A program made the translations under genes and the position numbers. Positions 17,895-26,365 of a stretch of DNA of 64,000 nt are shown here, piece after piece. The stretch's first letter is position 1. The number at the start of each line of letters is the position of its first letter. A model generated the notes under the pieces. That model was not told the origin of the DNA, did no database searches, and worked only from the letters and a program-made list of their open reading frames with translations. The stretch is from Chthonomonadaceae bacterium (lineage in GTDB: Bacteria; Armatimonadota; Chthonomonadetes; Chthonomonadales; Chthonomonadaceae), in NCBI GenBank assembly GCA_035650735.1, contig DASRGZ010000166.1, positions 1 through 64,000 on the forward strand, given 5' to 3'.

Positions 17895-19400
17895 ATGCGC
17901 GAAACACAGCGGCAGCGGGCGAGGGAAGCGTTTGAGGAGTTCCTGACCACGCCTCTAGAGGCGCGTCTGGGACGGCATAGGAACGCCAACATCGAGGAGA
18001 CGGCCCTGGCCCTGTTCCGTTCCGTCGCCGACAGGGTTCCGGCCTACCGCGCCTTTCTCGCCGAGCATGGCATCGATCCTGTCTCCATCCAGACCTACGC
18101 CGATTTCCAAAAGCTTCCGCCCGTCACCAAAGAGAACTACCTGCTGCGCCATCCCCTGCCGGATTTATGCCGCGACGGGCGGCTGGAATCCTGCGACATG
18201 ATCGCCGTCTCCTCCGGCTCCACAGGCAAACCCTGCTTCTGGCCGCGCTTCCTCTCCGACGAGCTTCAGATCACCACGCGCTTTGAGCAGATATTCCACG
18301 ATAGCTTCCGCGCCGACGAGCGGCGCACGCTGGCCGTCGTCTGCTTCACGCTGGGAACCTGGGTCGGCGGGATGTACACGGCGGCCTGCTGCCGCCACCT
18401 CGCCGCCAAAGGCTATCCGATCACGCTCATCACGCCCGGCAACAACAAGGAGGAAATATTCCGGGTGGTGCAGGAGCTCGGCCCGTTCTACGAGCAGGTC
18501 GTGATGCTGGGCTATCCGCCGTTTTTGAAGGGAATCATTGACGAGGGCCTGGCGCGCGGCGTGGAGTGGAAGCGCTATCGGATCAAGCTGGTGATGGCGG
18601 GCGAGGTCTTTAGCGAGGAGTGGCGCAGCCTCGTCGGGGAGCGGGTCGGCTCAGTAGATCCCTATCACGATTCGGCCTCGCTCTACGGCACGGCAGACGC
18701 GGGCGTGCTGGGCAACGAGACGCCGCTCTCCATCTGTATCCGCCACTTCCTGGCCCAACAGCCGGACGCCGCCCGCGCCCTCTTCGGCGAGTCGCGTCTG
18801 CCGACTCTGGTGCAGTACGACCCCATGAGCCGGCTCTTCGAGTCGCAGGACGGCGCGCTGCTCTTCTCTGGCGACAACGGCATCCCGCTCATACGCTACA
18901 ACATCCTGGATACCGGCGGCCTGATTCCCTACGAGACCATGTTAAAATTCCTGGCGGAATGGGGCTTCGACCCGTTGGCGGAACTGGCGCACGCCGGCGC
19001 GCGCGGCCTCCATCCCCTGCCCTTCGTCTACGTCTTCGGGCGATCCAACTTCACCGTCTCCTACTACGGCGCCAATATCTATCCGGAGAACGTCATAGTC
19101 GGGCTGGAGCAGCCAGTCATCAAGGAGTGGGTCACGGGCAAGTTCGTGCTGCAAGTCAAGGAAGACGCCGACCGGAACCGCTTCCTCTCCGTCGTCGTGG
19201 AACTAGCGCCGGGGGTCGCGGCGGAGGAGGACAGGCGGCAGGCCATCGCCGAATCCATCCTCGCCCACCTGCGCCGCCTCAACAGCGAATTCGCAAACTA
19301 TGTTCCGCCGGAGTGCCAGATGCCGCAGGTCGCCCTCGCCCCGACCGGCGACCCGGAGTATTTCCCTGTCGGCGTCAAGCACCGTTATACGCGCAAGTAG
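17895..19400 (+). CDS. Phenylacetate-CoA ligase (PaaK)-like adenylate-forming protein
   Basis: SSGSTGKP, GYPPF, AGE, YGTAD, PLIRYNILD, FGR, GANIYPE; GGAGG RBS. Confidence 0.9.
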   Translation: MRETQRQRAREAFEEFLTTPLEARLGRHRNANIEETALALFRSVADRVPAYRAFLAEHGIDPVSIQTYADFQKLPPVTKENYLLRHPLPDLCRDGRLESCDMIAVSSGSTGKPCFWPRFLSDELQITTRFEQIFHDSFRADERRTLAVVCFTLGTWVGGMYTAACCRHLAAKGYPITLITPGNNKEEIFRVVQELGPFYEQVVMLGYPPFLKGIIDEGLARGVEWKRYRIKLVMAGEVFSEEWRSLVGERVGSVDPYHDSASLYGTADAGVLGNETPLSICIRHFLAQQPDAARALFGESRLPTLVQYDPMSRLFESQDGALLFSGDNGIPLIRYNILDTGGLIPYETMLKFLAEWGFDPLAELAHAGARGLHPLPFVYVFGRSNFTVSYYGANIYPENVIVGLEQPVIKEWVTGKFVLQVKEDADRNRFLSVVVELAPGVAAEEDRRQAIAESILAHLRRLNSEFANYVPPECQMPQVALAPTGDPEYFPVGVKHRYTRK

Positions 19401-19704
19401 CCGCCGCGCCGTGCTGGCGGAACGTATGCAGGGCTTTTTCCTCAGCGCTGAGCGTGGTGAGCAGCGCCGCCACCCGATGCAGGCATATCTCGGCCTGTAG
19501 GGCCAGATGCAGGGCCGTTTCCAGACTCCCGCAGACATCCAGCGTCAGGAGGTCGGCGTCGGCGGAGAGATTCCACTGCTCCATATCGCCTGAAAGCCGC
19601 TCTCGAATGGCCCGCGTCAACTCCACGGCGGACCAGGCATGTGGCAATAACTCCTGGGCGCTATTAACGTTCTCATCCTGAGGGTTCGTACCGCTTCCAG
19701 ACAT
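19375..19704 (-). CDS. Hypothetical helical protein (109 aa)
   Basis: ORF with AAAGGGGA RBS and plausible composition; no recognised motif. Confidence 0.5.
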   Translation of the reverse strand: MSGSGTNPQDENVNSAQELLPHAWSAVELTRAIRERLSGDMEQWNLSADADLLTLDVCGSLETALHLALQAEICLHRVAALLTTLSAEEKALHTFRQHGAAATCAYNGA

Positions 19705-19776
19705 AAATGCGCTGTCCCCCTTTCTCTCCGAATTCGCTAAGACCTTGCGCTGCGCTCAGGGTGCCACCAGAGGACA

Positions 19777-20346
19777 CTAGGAAGGTCCGGCAGGCAGCTC
19801 GGCGATCAACGCTTGAACTTTGCGGGCGAGCCCCCCGATAGTCGCGCTGACGTGCTCGGCAAACTCCGGGCTGTGCTCATGGCCCAGCGCATGACCGGCC
19901 AGGCTAGCTGCCATCAGCATGTCCGCCGCGGGATAGACTAGGCCGCTATACGAGTCCGCGCTCAGTTCCGTGGGCATTACGATCAGCATCTGCTCCCAGA
20001 TAGGAGCGAACACTGCATTGTCGAACCAAGGGCATGTCGCGAACGCATCCCGAATAGTCCGCACAACCGCCCGAACCGTATCCGGCGGCAGGGCCGCCTC
20101 TAGCGCGCGCGTGATCGCCCAGAGGACAAAACACCCGTAGATCATCAGAAAGAGCGACTGTTCCTCGGGCGCGACCCGGGCGCACTCTTTGAGCAGGATC
20201 GGACGCTCGATCTCCTTCAGCGCCAGCGCCGTCGCGCCTTGCAGGAGCGCCGCGCTCGCCACCGGCTTATTATCGGCCCTTCCCCACGCGTACCGCACAG
20301 GCTCTGCCTCCTGTTTTTGCGGGCTGTTCCTGAACCGCCAGAACAT
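19777..20346 (-). CDS. Hypothetical protein
   Basis: ATG 20346 preceded by GGGGAG; no recognised motif. Confidence 0.55.
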   Translation of the reverse strand: MFWRFRNSPQKQEAEPVRYAWGRADNKPVASAALLQGATALALKEIERPILLKECARVAPEEQSLFLMIYGCFVLWAITRALEAALPPDTVRAVVRTIRDAFATCPWFDNAVFAPIWEQMLIVMPTELSADSYSGLVYPAADMLMAASLAGHALGHEHSPEFAEHVSATIGGLARKVQALIAELPAGPS

Positions 20347-20592
20347 CGGTGCCGCTCCCCTTTCTGCTTGAGAACTATAAATGGGTCGTGAAAGGCATTG
20401 CCTCCCCTGTGGCCGCTCGTAGAGAGAATAGCGCGCGCCCATTACAGAATCATTACAAATGGTGGGGCGCAGGGGTGGGCGCTGGATATGGATACAGCCA
20501 CACAAAAACCGCCTGCCGCCGGTTTTGGGCCGGTGACAGGCGGCTTATGGCTGCCCTGATTTCCAACGCAGAGTTATAGCAGAGTTATATTT

Positions 20593-20689
20593 TCATCCTT
20601 CAGCCTTCCTCCTGGCAAGAAGATAGGAGAGAAGGGAACAGGAAGGGTGCGTTACTTTTTCACCCTTCATCCTTCCGCCTTCATCCTTT
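20593..20689. repeat. TTCATCC/TTCAGCC heptamer repeat patches
   Basis: ttcatccttcagccttc and ttcacccttcatccttccgccttcatcctt downstream of the SARP gene. Confidence 0.55.
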
Positions 20690-23600
20690 AGCCCGGACGT
20701 GTTCGCTCGGAGAGGGCGAGCGCGTAGGCGACCGCCTGCTCAAAGGACATAGCGCGTCCCTGCGCCCAGGCTCTCGAAAACGTCGTCTCGTCCAGGGCGG
20801 AGCGAGCGGCCTCACGATCCCGGTCAAAATCGGCGCGCTCATTGTGCGCCAGCGGAGCGCCCATGCCCTCTCGCAACCCCTCCACGGCCCCCAGCAGGCA
20901 GGCGGCTTGCTCTGCCCATCCCTGCGCCCCGGCCAACGTGGCAAAGGCCCTCAGCGCGTACGCCATCCCCTGCTTATCCCCGAGATCGTGGAACAGCGTC
21001 AGGCTCTCCGCATGGAGGCGCGCAGCCGTCACGTAATCCCCCTCCGCAATGGCAATGTTGCCCAGGTTTTGCAGGCAGACGGCGATGCCGCGCCGGTCGC
21101 CTAGTTCCCGCAATATCGCCAATGCTTCCTCGAAGAGCGCCCGCGCCCGCAGAGGGTCGCCCTGCTCCTGGACCAGCGTTCCCAGGTTGCTCAGCGAGTT
21201 TGCCATGCCCTGCCTGTCGCCAAGCTCACGGAAGAGGCGGCAGCTCTCTTCATAAAGCGCCTGCGCCGTCGCGTACTCGCCCTGGTCGGCAGCGAGATTG
21301 CCTAAGTTTTGCGCGGCATTCGCGCTTCTCCAGGCATCCCCCAGACTTTGGGCCAGGACCCGGCTCTCCGTATAGAGCGCCTGCGCCCGCGCATAATTTC
21401 CTTGATGGTGCTCCACGTTGCCCAGGTTGCTCAGCGTCGCCGCAAGCCCCTGCTTATGGTCCAGCCGCCGCCATAGCTCCAGGCCCTGTTCATAAAAGAC
21501 GCGCGCCGCCGTGAAATCGCCCTGGTTCCAGGCCAGGTTGCCGGCGCCATGCAGCGCCCAGGCGCGCACGGCAGAGACCGCGTTCGGGTTCTGCTCCAGC
21601 GCCCGCTCCAGCCACATCCGTCCCTCGCGCACGTAGCCGCGCACATACCAGAAGCGCCACAAGAGCCTCGCCAATTGCAGCCCAAGCTCGGAAGGAGGAG
21701 GTTGGGCGCGCGCTTCCTTATCCCGCCGCGCGTCCTCCTGCTTTCCCTGAAGGCTCCAGGCCAGCGCCGCCCGCAGATTCTCGTTCTCTCGCTCCAGCCG
21801 CTCCAGCCACGACGCCTGCTCTGCGCCGGTAAAATGGGGTTCGGCCTCTTCCGCCAGGCGCAGGAAGTAGCCCGCGTGATGCTGTGCCAGTTCCTCGTGC
21901 TCCTCCGCCGTCAACTGATCCGCCGCATACTCTCGCAGCGTCTCCAGCACTCGGTAGCGCATCTCTTCGCCCGCCTCTTCCACCAGGATCAGCGAGCGCT
22001 CGCGCAGTTGGGTCAGGTACTCCAGCGCGGGAGGGAGGCCCGCCGACTGAGGAGGGCAGCACACGGCCTCCGCCGCCTCCAGAGTCCATCCCCCGCGAAA
22101 GACGCTCAGGCACGCGAAGAAGCGCTGGAGCGGCGGCGAAAGCAGCCGATAGCTCCATTCGACGGCGGCCTGCAGGGTGCGATGCCGTCCCGGCGTATCC
22201 TTGCTACGGCTCACCAGCAGATCAAAGCGGCGCGCCAGGCGGTCTCGCATCTGCGCAGGCGTCAGCGTCTGCGCCCAGGCTGCTGCCAGCTCGATGGCAA
22301 GCGGCAATCCCTCCAGCCGGCTGCAAAGCTCCGCCACCGCCCCCGCATTGGCCCGCGTCACCCGGAAATCCGGGCGCACCGCCTGGGCCCGATCCACAAA
22401 CAACTGCACGCTGGCAAACTCCATCAGCCGCTCGGGCGTGCCGGGATGGGTTGGCACGGGCAGAGGCTGAACCGCAAACTCCTCCTCGCCCGCGATCTGT
22501 AATCGCTGCCGCGAGGTCGCCAGGCAGGTCAGCGTGGGAACGCGGGCCAGCAGAGCTTGCACGAAGCGGACGGCTTCCGAGGCTTCCGCAGCATCCTCCC
22601 CCAGCAGGTGCTCCAGATTGTCCAGGATGAGCAGAGAGGGCTGCCGCTCCAGCAGTGCCACGATCTGGTCCAGCGGCTCGACATTCTGGGCGCGCGGCTG
22701 GCGCAGCGCTTCCAGGATGGCTTGGGGTATCAAGCCGGGATCGGCCAGATCGGCCAGCGGCACCACCCAGGCCGCACCCTGAAACGCGCCTTTCAGTCGG
22801 CCCGCCACCTCCAGCGCCAGACGTGTCTTGCCCGCCCCGCCCGGCCCAAGCAAGGTAATCAGGCGCGTGCCGGGAGTAAGCAGCTTCTCCAGCAAGCGAC
22901 CGATATCTTCCTCACGGCCAAAGCAGCGGGTCAGCGGGAGCGGCACGCCCGGCGCACGCGCCGGGGAAGGTGGCTCGGCCTCTGCGGAGACAGCAGTCGG
23001 CCAGGCCACCGGAGCCGCAGCGGCCTTTTGCGGCACGGCAGCGGTCACCGGACGCTGGGAGACAACGGCCTGGCCCTCCCGTGCCACAAGCTGCTGAGCC
23101 AACTCACGGGCTGCCGCCGAGGGCGCCAGGCCCATCTCCTCCTTGAGGATGCGCTCCAGTTCGCCATACTGCTGCAGGGCGGCGGCAGGCCGTCCGGCAG
23201 CCATATAGAGGCGCATGAGCAGGCGGTGCGACTCCTCGCGCAGCGGATCGACATGGACGGCGCGGCGTGCATAGTCAATGGCCCGGTCGAAATCCCGCGC
23301 CTGCGCCAGAAAGCGGACGAGCCGCCGCAAAGCCCCCAGGTAGGCATCAGCCAGGCGCTGCCGCTCCGGCTCAATCCACGCCTCCCCGTAGTCGGGCAAG
23401 AGCTCGCCACGATAGAGCTCTACCGCCGTGGTCAGCAGCCGCACGCGCTCGGCCTCATCTTCCGCTCGCGCTTCGGCCTGCAAAGCGGCCACAAACTCGG
23501 CAACGTCGGTGGTGCAGGCGGCGGGATTTAGCTGCACCTGCAATCGGTCTGCCCGAATCACCGCTCCGGAGGGCGTGCCCGGCGGCTCCAACGGCCCGCG

Positions 23601-23822
23601 CAGCGCATTGATGGCGACGCGCAGGCTGTTGCGGCCCGCGTCCGGGTCATCCTCCGGCCAGAGCAGTTCCACCAGCGCCTCACGGCTAGACGCCCGCTCG
23701 CGAAAATAGGCCAGGTAGGCCAGCAGGGCTCCGGTCTTATGGGTGCGAAAACGGGTCACCGCGCGCTCCCCCTGCCGGGCGCATAGATGGCCTAGGAGCT
23801 CGATCCGCCACAACTCTGCCAA
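20688..23822 (-). CDS. AfsR/SARP-type regulator: wHTH-BTAD, NB-ARC-like ATPase and TPR repeats
   Basis: IELLG, ALLAYLA, LYRGELL, DPLREE, GPGGAGKTRLA, LILDNLEH, GLPLAIELAAA, C-terminal TPRs; TTG start after GGAG. Confidence 0.93.
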   Translation of the reverse strand: MAELWRIELLGHLCARQGERAVTRFRTHKTGALLAYLAYFRERASSREALVELLWPEDDPDAGRNSLRVAINALRGPLEPPGTPSGAVIRADRLQVQLNPAACTTDVAEFVAALQAEARAEDEAERVRLLTTAVELYRGELLPDYGEAWIEPERQRLADAYLGALRRLVRFLAQARDFDRAIDYARRAVHVDPLREESHRLLMRLYMAAGRPAAALQQYGELERILKEEMGLAPSAAARELAQQLVAREGQAVVSQRPVTAAVPQKAAAAPVAWPTAVSAEAEPPSPARAPGVPLPLTRCFGREEDIGRLLEKLLTPGTRLITLLGPGGAGKTRLALEVAGRLKGAFQGAAWVVPLADLADPGLIPQAILEALRQPRAQNVEPLDQIVALLERQPSLLILDNLEHLLGEDAAEASEAVRFVQALLARVPTLTCLATSRQRLQIAGEEEFAVQPLPVPTHPGTPERLMEFASVQLFVDRAQAVRPDFRVTRANAGAVAELCSRLEGLPLAIELAAAWAQTLTPAQMRDRLARRFDLLVSRSKDTPGRHRTLQAAVEWSYRLLSPPLQRFFACLSVFRGGWTLEAAEAVCCPPQSAGLPPALEYLTQLRERSLILVEEAGEEMRYRVLETLREYAADQLTAEEHEELAQHHAGYFLRLAEEAEPHFTGAEQASWLERLERENENLRAALAWSLQGKQEDARRDKEARAQPPPSELGLQLARLLWRFWYVRGYVREGRMWLERALEQNPNAVSAVRAWALHGAGNLAWNQGDFTAARVFYEQGLELWRRLDHKQGLAATLSNLGNVEHHQGNYARAQALYTESRVLAQSLGDAWRSANAAQNLGNLAADQGEYATAQALYEESCRLFRELGDRQGMANSLSNLGTLVQEQGDPLRARALFEEALAILRELGDRRGIAVCLQNLGNIAIAEGDYVTAARLHAESLTLFHDLGDKQGMAYALRAFATLAGAQGWAEQAACLLGAVEGLREGMGAPLAHNERADFDRDREAARSALDETTFSRAWAQGRAMSFEQAVAYALALSERTRPG

Positions 23823-23907
23823 CGATTTACTCCGCCTGAGATTACCGATCTGACTCCGGGACAGTTCGCGCCCGCCGCCGCAAATCCCTCCCTCTGTCCT
23901 GACCCTT

Positions 23908-24018
23908 GCAGGTGAATCAATTCGCTGCAACCAAGGCACGAAGTCGGCCTTCGCCGACTCCACACGAACCCGCGAAGGCGGGTTTTGTGCTCTGGTTGCT
24001 GCGGCTTTAGCCGCCCGC
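23908..24018. repeat. REPIN-like inverted double-hairpin element
   Basis: GAAT.AATTCGC.GCAACCAAGGCACGAAGTCGGCCTTCGCCGACT...GTTGC.GCGGCTTTAGCCGCCCG; second copy at 40304-40497. Confidence 0.85.
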
Positions 24019-24058
24019 AAAGAAAATGCAAGGACCCTGCTGCCCTTCCGCTCGATGC

Positions 24059-25963
24059 TCAGTGGGCACCTTCGAGCCAGGAGATAGCTTCGCCCATCTG
24101 TTTCCAGATGTCATCGGCAAAGTCGTAGCCGTGATTGCCCTTATAGGGAACGAGCTTGACCGACGCTCCCTGCTGGCTCAAGAGCTTTTGCGCGGCGGAC
24201 GCCATCCAGTAGGGGCTGACCTTGTCGTCCTTGCTGTGTTGAAGGAAGTAACGGCGGTGCCGGGCGCGAGCGAGCGGCGGCAACTGCGTGGATTTGAAGG
24301 CCGAGGCGAGGATATAGAAGCCTTTGAACGGCGTGTTCTCTTGCAGCGAGCAGGCATAGACGGCAGGCCCACTCTCCGCCACACCATGCAGGAAAATCCG
24401 CTCCGGATCGATCTGCTGATTGGCGATGACGTCCTTGACGACGTCGGCGACGAAGCTTTCGGTGGTAAAGGCGGCCTCTTTAACCTGCTGCCGGTGGTTC
24501 TGTGTGACCCAGGGAACGGGCTGGTTGGCGCTCCATTTCGGGGCGACCGGCAGGGCGATCAGATAGTTGCCTTTGAGCGCCTTGAGCAGCGCCTCCGACC
24601 AGAACGGCAGAACGCTGCCGCCGTTGCCGTCTCCCCCCGCCAGCACTACCAGCAGTCCGGGCAGCCGCTGTGGCGGGGCGGGATTGGCGCCGGGAGGAGG
24701 CGGAGGCGGCATATCGTGCATGGCGGCTCCCCCGAGTCGAATGCGCCATCTGAGACGTGGCACGCTGCCCGGAGGCCGGATCAGCCAGTAGGCCCGCTTG
24801 GAGTCACCGGCGATCTGATGCAGTTCCTGCGGCAAGTTTCCGACAGAAACGCCCGGCCCGAGCACAGGCCGTCGGCGCAGCGGGACGACCGGAATGGGCA
24901 GGGCCCGCACATCCTCAGCGAACCGAAGCTTGTTCCGCTCCCACCAGCGGCGCCACCAGGCCCCATCATGGGCCATGCCGGCGGGAACGTTGGTCATCTG
25001 CCCCAGGGTGCCCCCAATGATCCGGATGCCCTCCGGGGTCTTATCCGCCTCCAGCATGCCAATGAGCGGGGGGATGCTGCGCGGGTCCGATATCTGAGCC
25101 AGCATCCCCAACAGCATCTCGCTGCTGGGGTCCGGGTACTCGTCCTGGATCATTTTAAGCAGGATCTCTGACGCCCAGCGGTGCTCGGGCGTAGCCAGCA
25201 CACTGAGCGCGCCGGATCGCACCTCATTCGGCTGCGTTTTGGCCGCCAGCGGCACGAGATAGCGGCGCAAGTAAGTTTCGTCCGCGCCCACGAAGCGCAG
25301 CAACTGAAAGATAGCCGGGTGGGTTTTGCCGGGGACAAGCCACTTGGCCGCCGCATCCAGCAGACCGGCCTCCAGGGCCGCCTTCTGCCGCAGGCGCCAT
25401 ATGGTCTGGTTATAGCCGGTATAGACGTTGGTGAACTCCTGGACCAGGGTAAGCACCTGCGTGTCATCGGCGGCGGCAAGCCGGGCGGCAAAGGCCCGGC
25501 AGTTCTCCTGCAGGACGGTTTCGACAGGCTTGCCGGCATATTGGCGGTACCACTCCAGGTAGGCGGTATAGTCCTCGACGAAGCTGCGGCAGGCAAAGGC
25601 TTGCACCATCGTCAGCGCCGTATTTTGTATCTGAAGCGAGGGATCGGTTGCTCCAAGATGCAGGACATCCAGCACATGCGGGTGCGCCATCGAGACGAAC
25701 GTTCCCAGCAGCATCTCCTTGATGCCCAGTCCATTCTTAATATATTTCCAGTTGTCCCTCAGGATCGCATAGCCCACATCTGGGCTTAGTTTGGTCAACT
25801 CATAGGCGGTCTGCTGGTTTTCCGAATAGTTGTTCTCCAGGCGGCTCAGTCGGTCGGCCCAGGTAGCGCGATCCAGCGTCGGATTCTCCTGCATATGGGC
25901 CATGCAGGGCACGCCGCAGAGCAGCAGAAAGAGACAGAGTAAGAAGGGTGGGAACTTAGACAT
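24059..25963 (-). CDS. Secreted protein: HEAT-like repeats, Pro-rich linker, C-terminal alpha/beta-hydrolase fold
   Basis: Signal peptide MSKFPPFLLCLFLLLCGVPCMA; DPRSIPPLIGML; IDPERIFLHG, HSKDD, GNHG. Confidence 0.75.
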   Translation of the reverse strand: MSKFPPFLLCLFLLLCGVPCMAHMQENPTLDRATWADRLSRLENNYSENQQTAYELTKLSPDVGYAILRDNWKYIKNGLGIKEMLLGTFVSMAHPHVLDVLHLGATDPSLQIQNTALTMVQAFACRSFVEDYTAYLEWYRQYAGKPVETVLQENCRAFAARLAAADDTQVLTLVQEFTNVYTGYNQTIWRLRQKAALEAGLLDAAAKWLVPGKTHPAIFQLLRFVGADETYLRRYLVPLAAKTQPNEVRSGALSVLATPEHRWASEILLKMIQDEYPDPSSEMLLGMLAQISDPRSIPPLIGMLEADKTPEGIRIIGGTLGQMTNVPAGMAHDGAWWRRWWERNKLRFAEDVRALPIPVVPLRRRPVLGPGVSVGNLPQELHQIAGDSKRAYWLIRPPGSVPRLRWRIRLGGAAMHDMPPPPPPGANPAPPQRLPGLLVVLAGGDGNGGSVLPFWSEALLKALKGNYLIALPVAPKWSANQPVPWVTQNHRQQVKEAAFTTESFVADVVKDVIANQQIDPERIFLHGVAESGPAVYACSLQENTPFKGFYILASAFKSTQLPPLARARHRRYFLQHSKDDKVSPYWMASAAQKLLSQQGASVKLVPYKGNHGYDFADDIWKQMGEAISWLEGAH

Positions 25964-26134
25964 GGCTAACCTGAGAACGCGCAGTATTCCGGCAAGGAAG
26001 CAGAGGATACGGATAACAGCAGCAGCCCCCTTGAAGCTATAATGAGGCTCCAAAGGGGCTGAAACAGAGTTTATGTTGCGCCTGGGACAGCCAGGCACCA
26101 CAAAGACGAGAGCTTATGGCCCGGAGAGGTCGCC

Positions 26135-26365
26135 TCAGGCAACCACCAGCCCGGAGCCTTTGCCGCCGCCCTTATCGCCGCCCTTATTGCCATGCGTCTC
26201 CACGCCATCAGCGACGAGAACGCGGGGCGCTACAGAAACAGACGCCTTGCCCTGGCTGGAAGACGCAGGCGACGCTGTCATCAGGCCGGCACCCAGAACG
26301 GCTGCCAGCGACAGGCCCAGCGCCAGATTGCGAATCGTAGGTAGGGAGAAGTGCTTGAGTTTCAT
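26135..26365 (-). CDS. Small secreted propeptide (76 aa), candidate signalling peptide
   Basis: Sec signal peptide; ATGA overlap with the upstream stop; GGAAAGGA RBS; VLVA-DGVETHG core. Confidence 0.8.
   Translation of the reverse strand: MKLKHFSLPTIRNLALGLSLAAVLGAGLMTASPASSSQGKASVSVAPRVLVADGVETHGNKGGDKGGGKGSGLVVA

Noticed and set aside
23823..24020. N-terminal extension of the 1110-aa SARP ORF
   Set aside because: Runs through a REPIN-like repeat; an RBS and the domain start fit TTG 23822.
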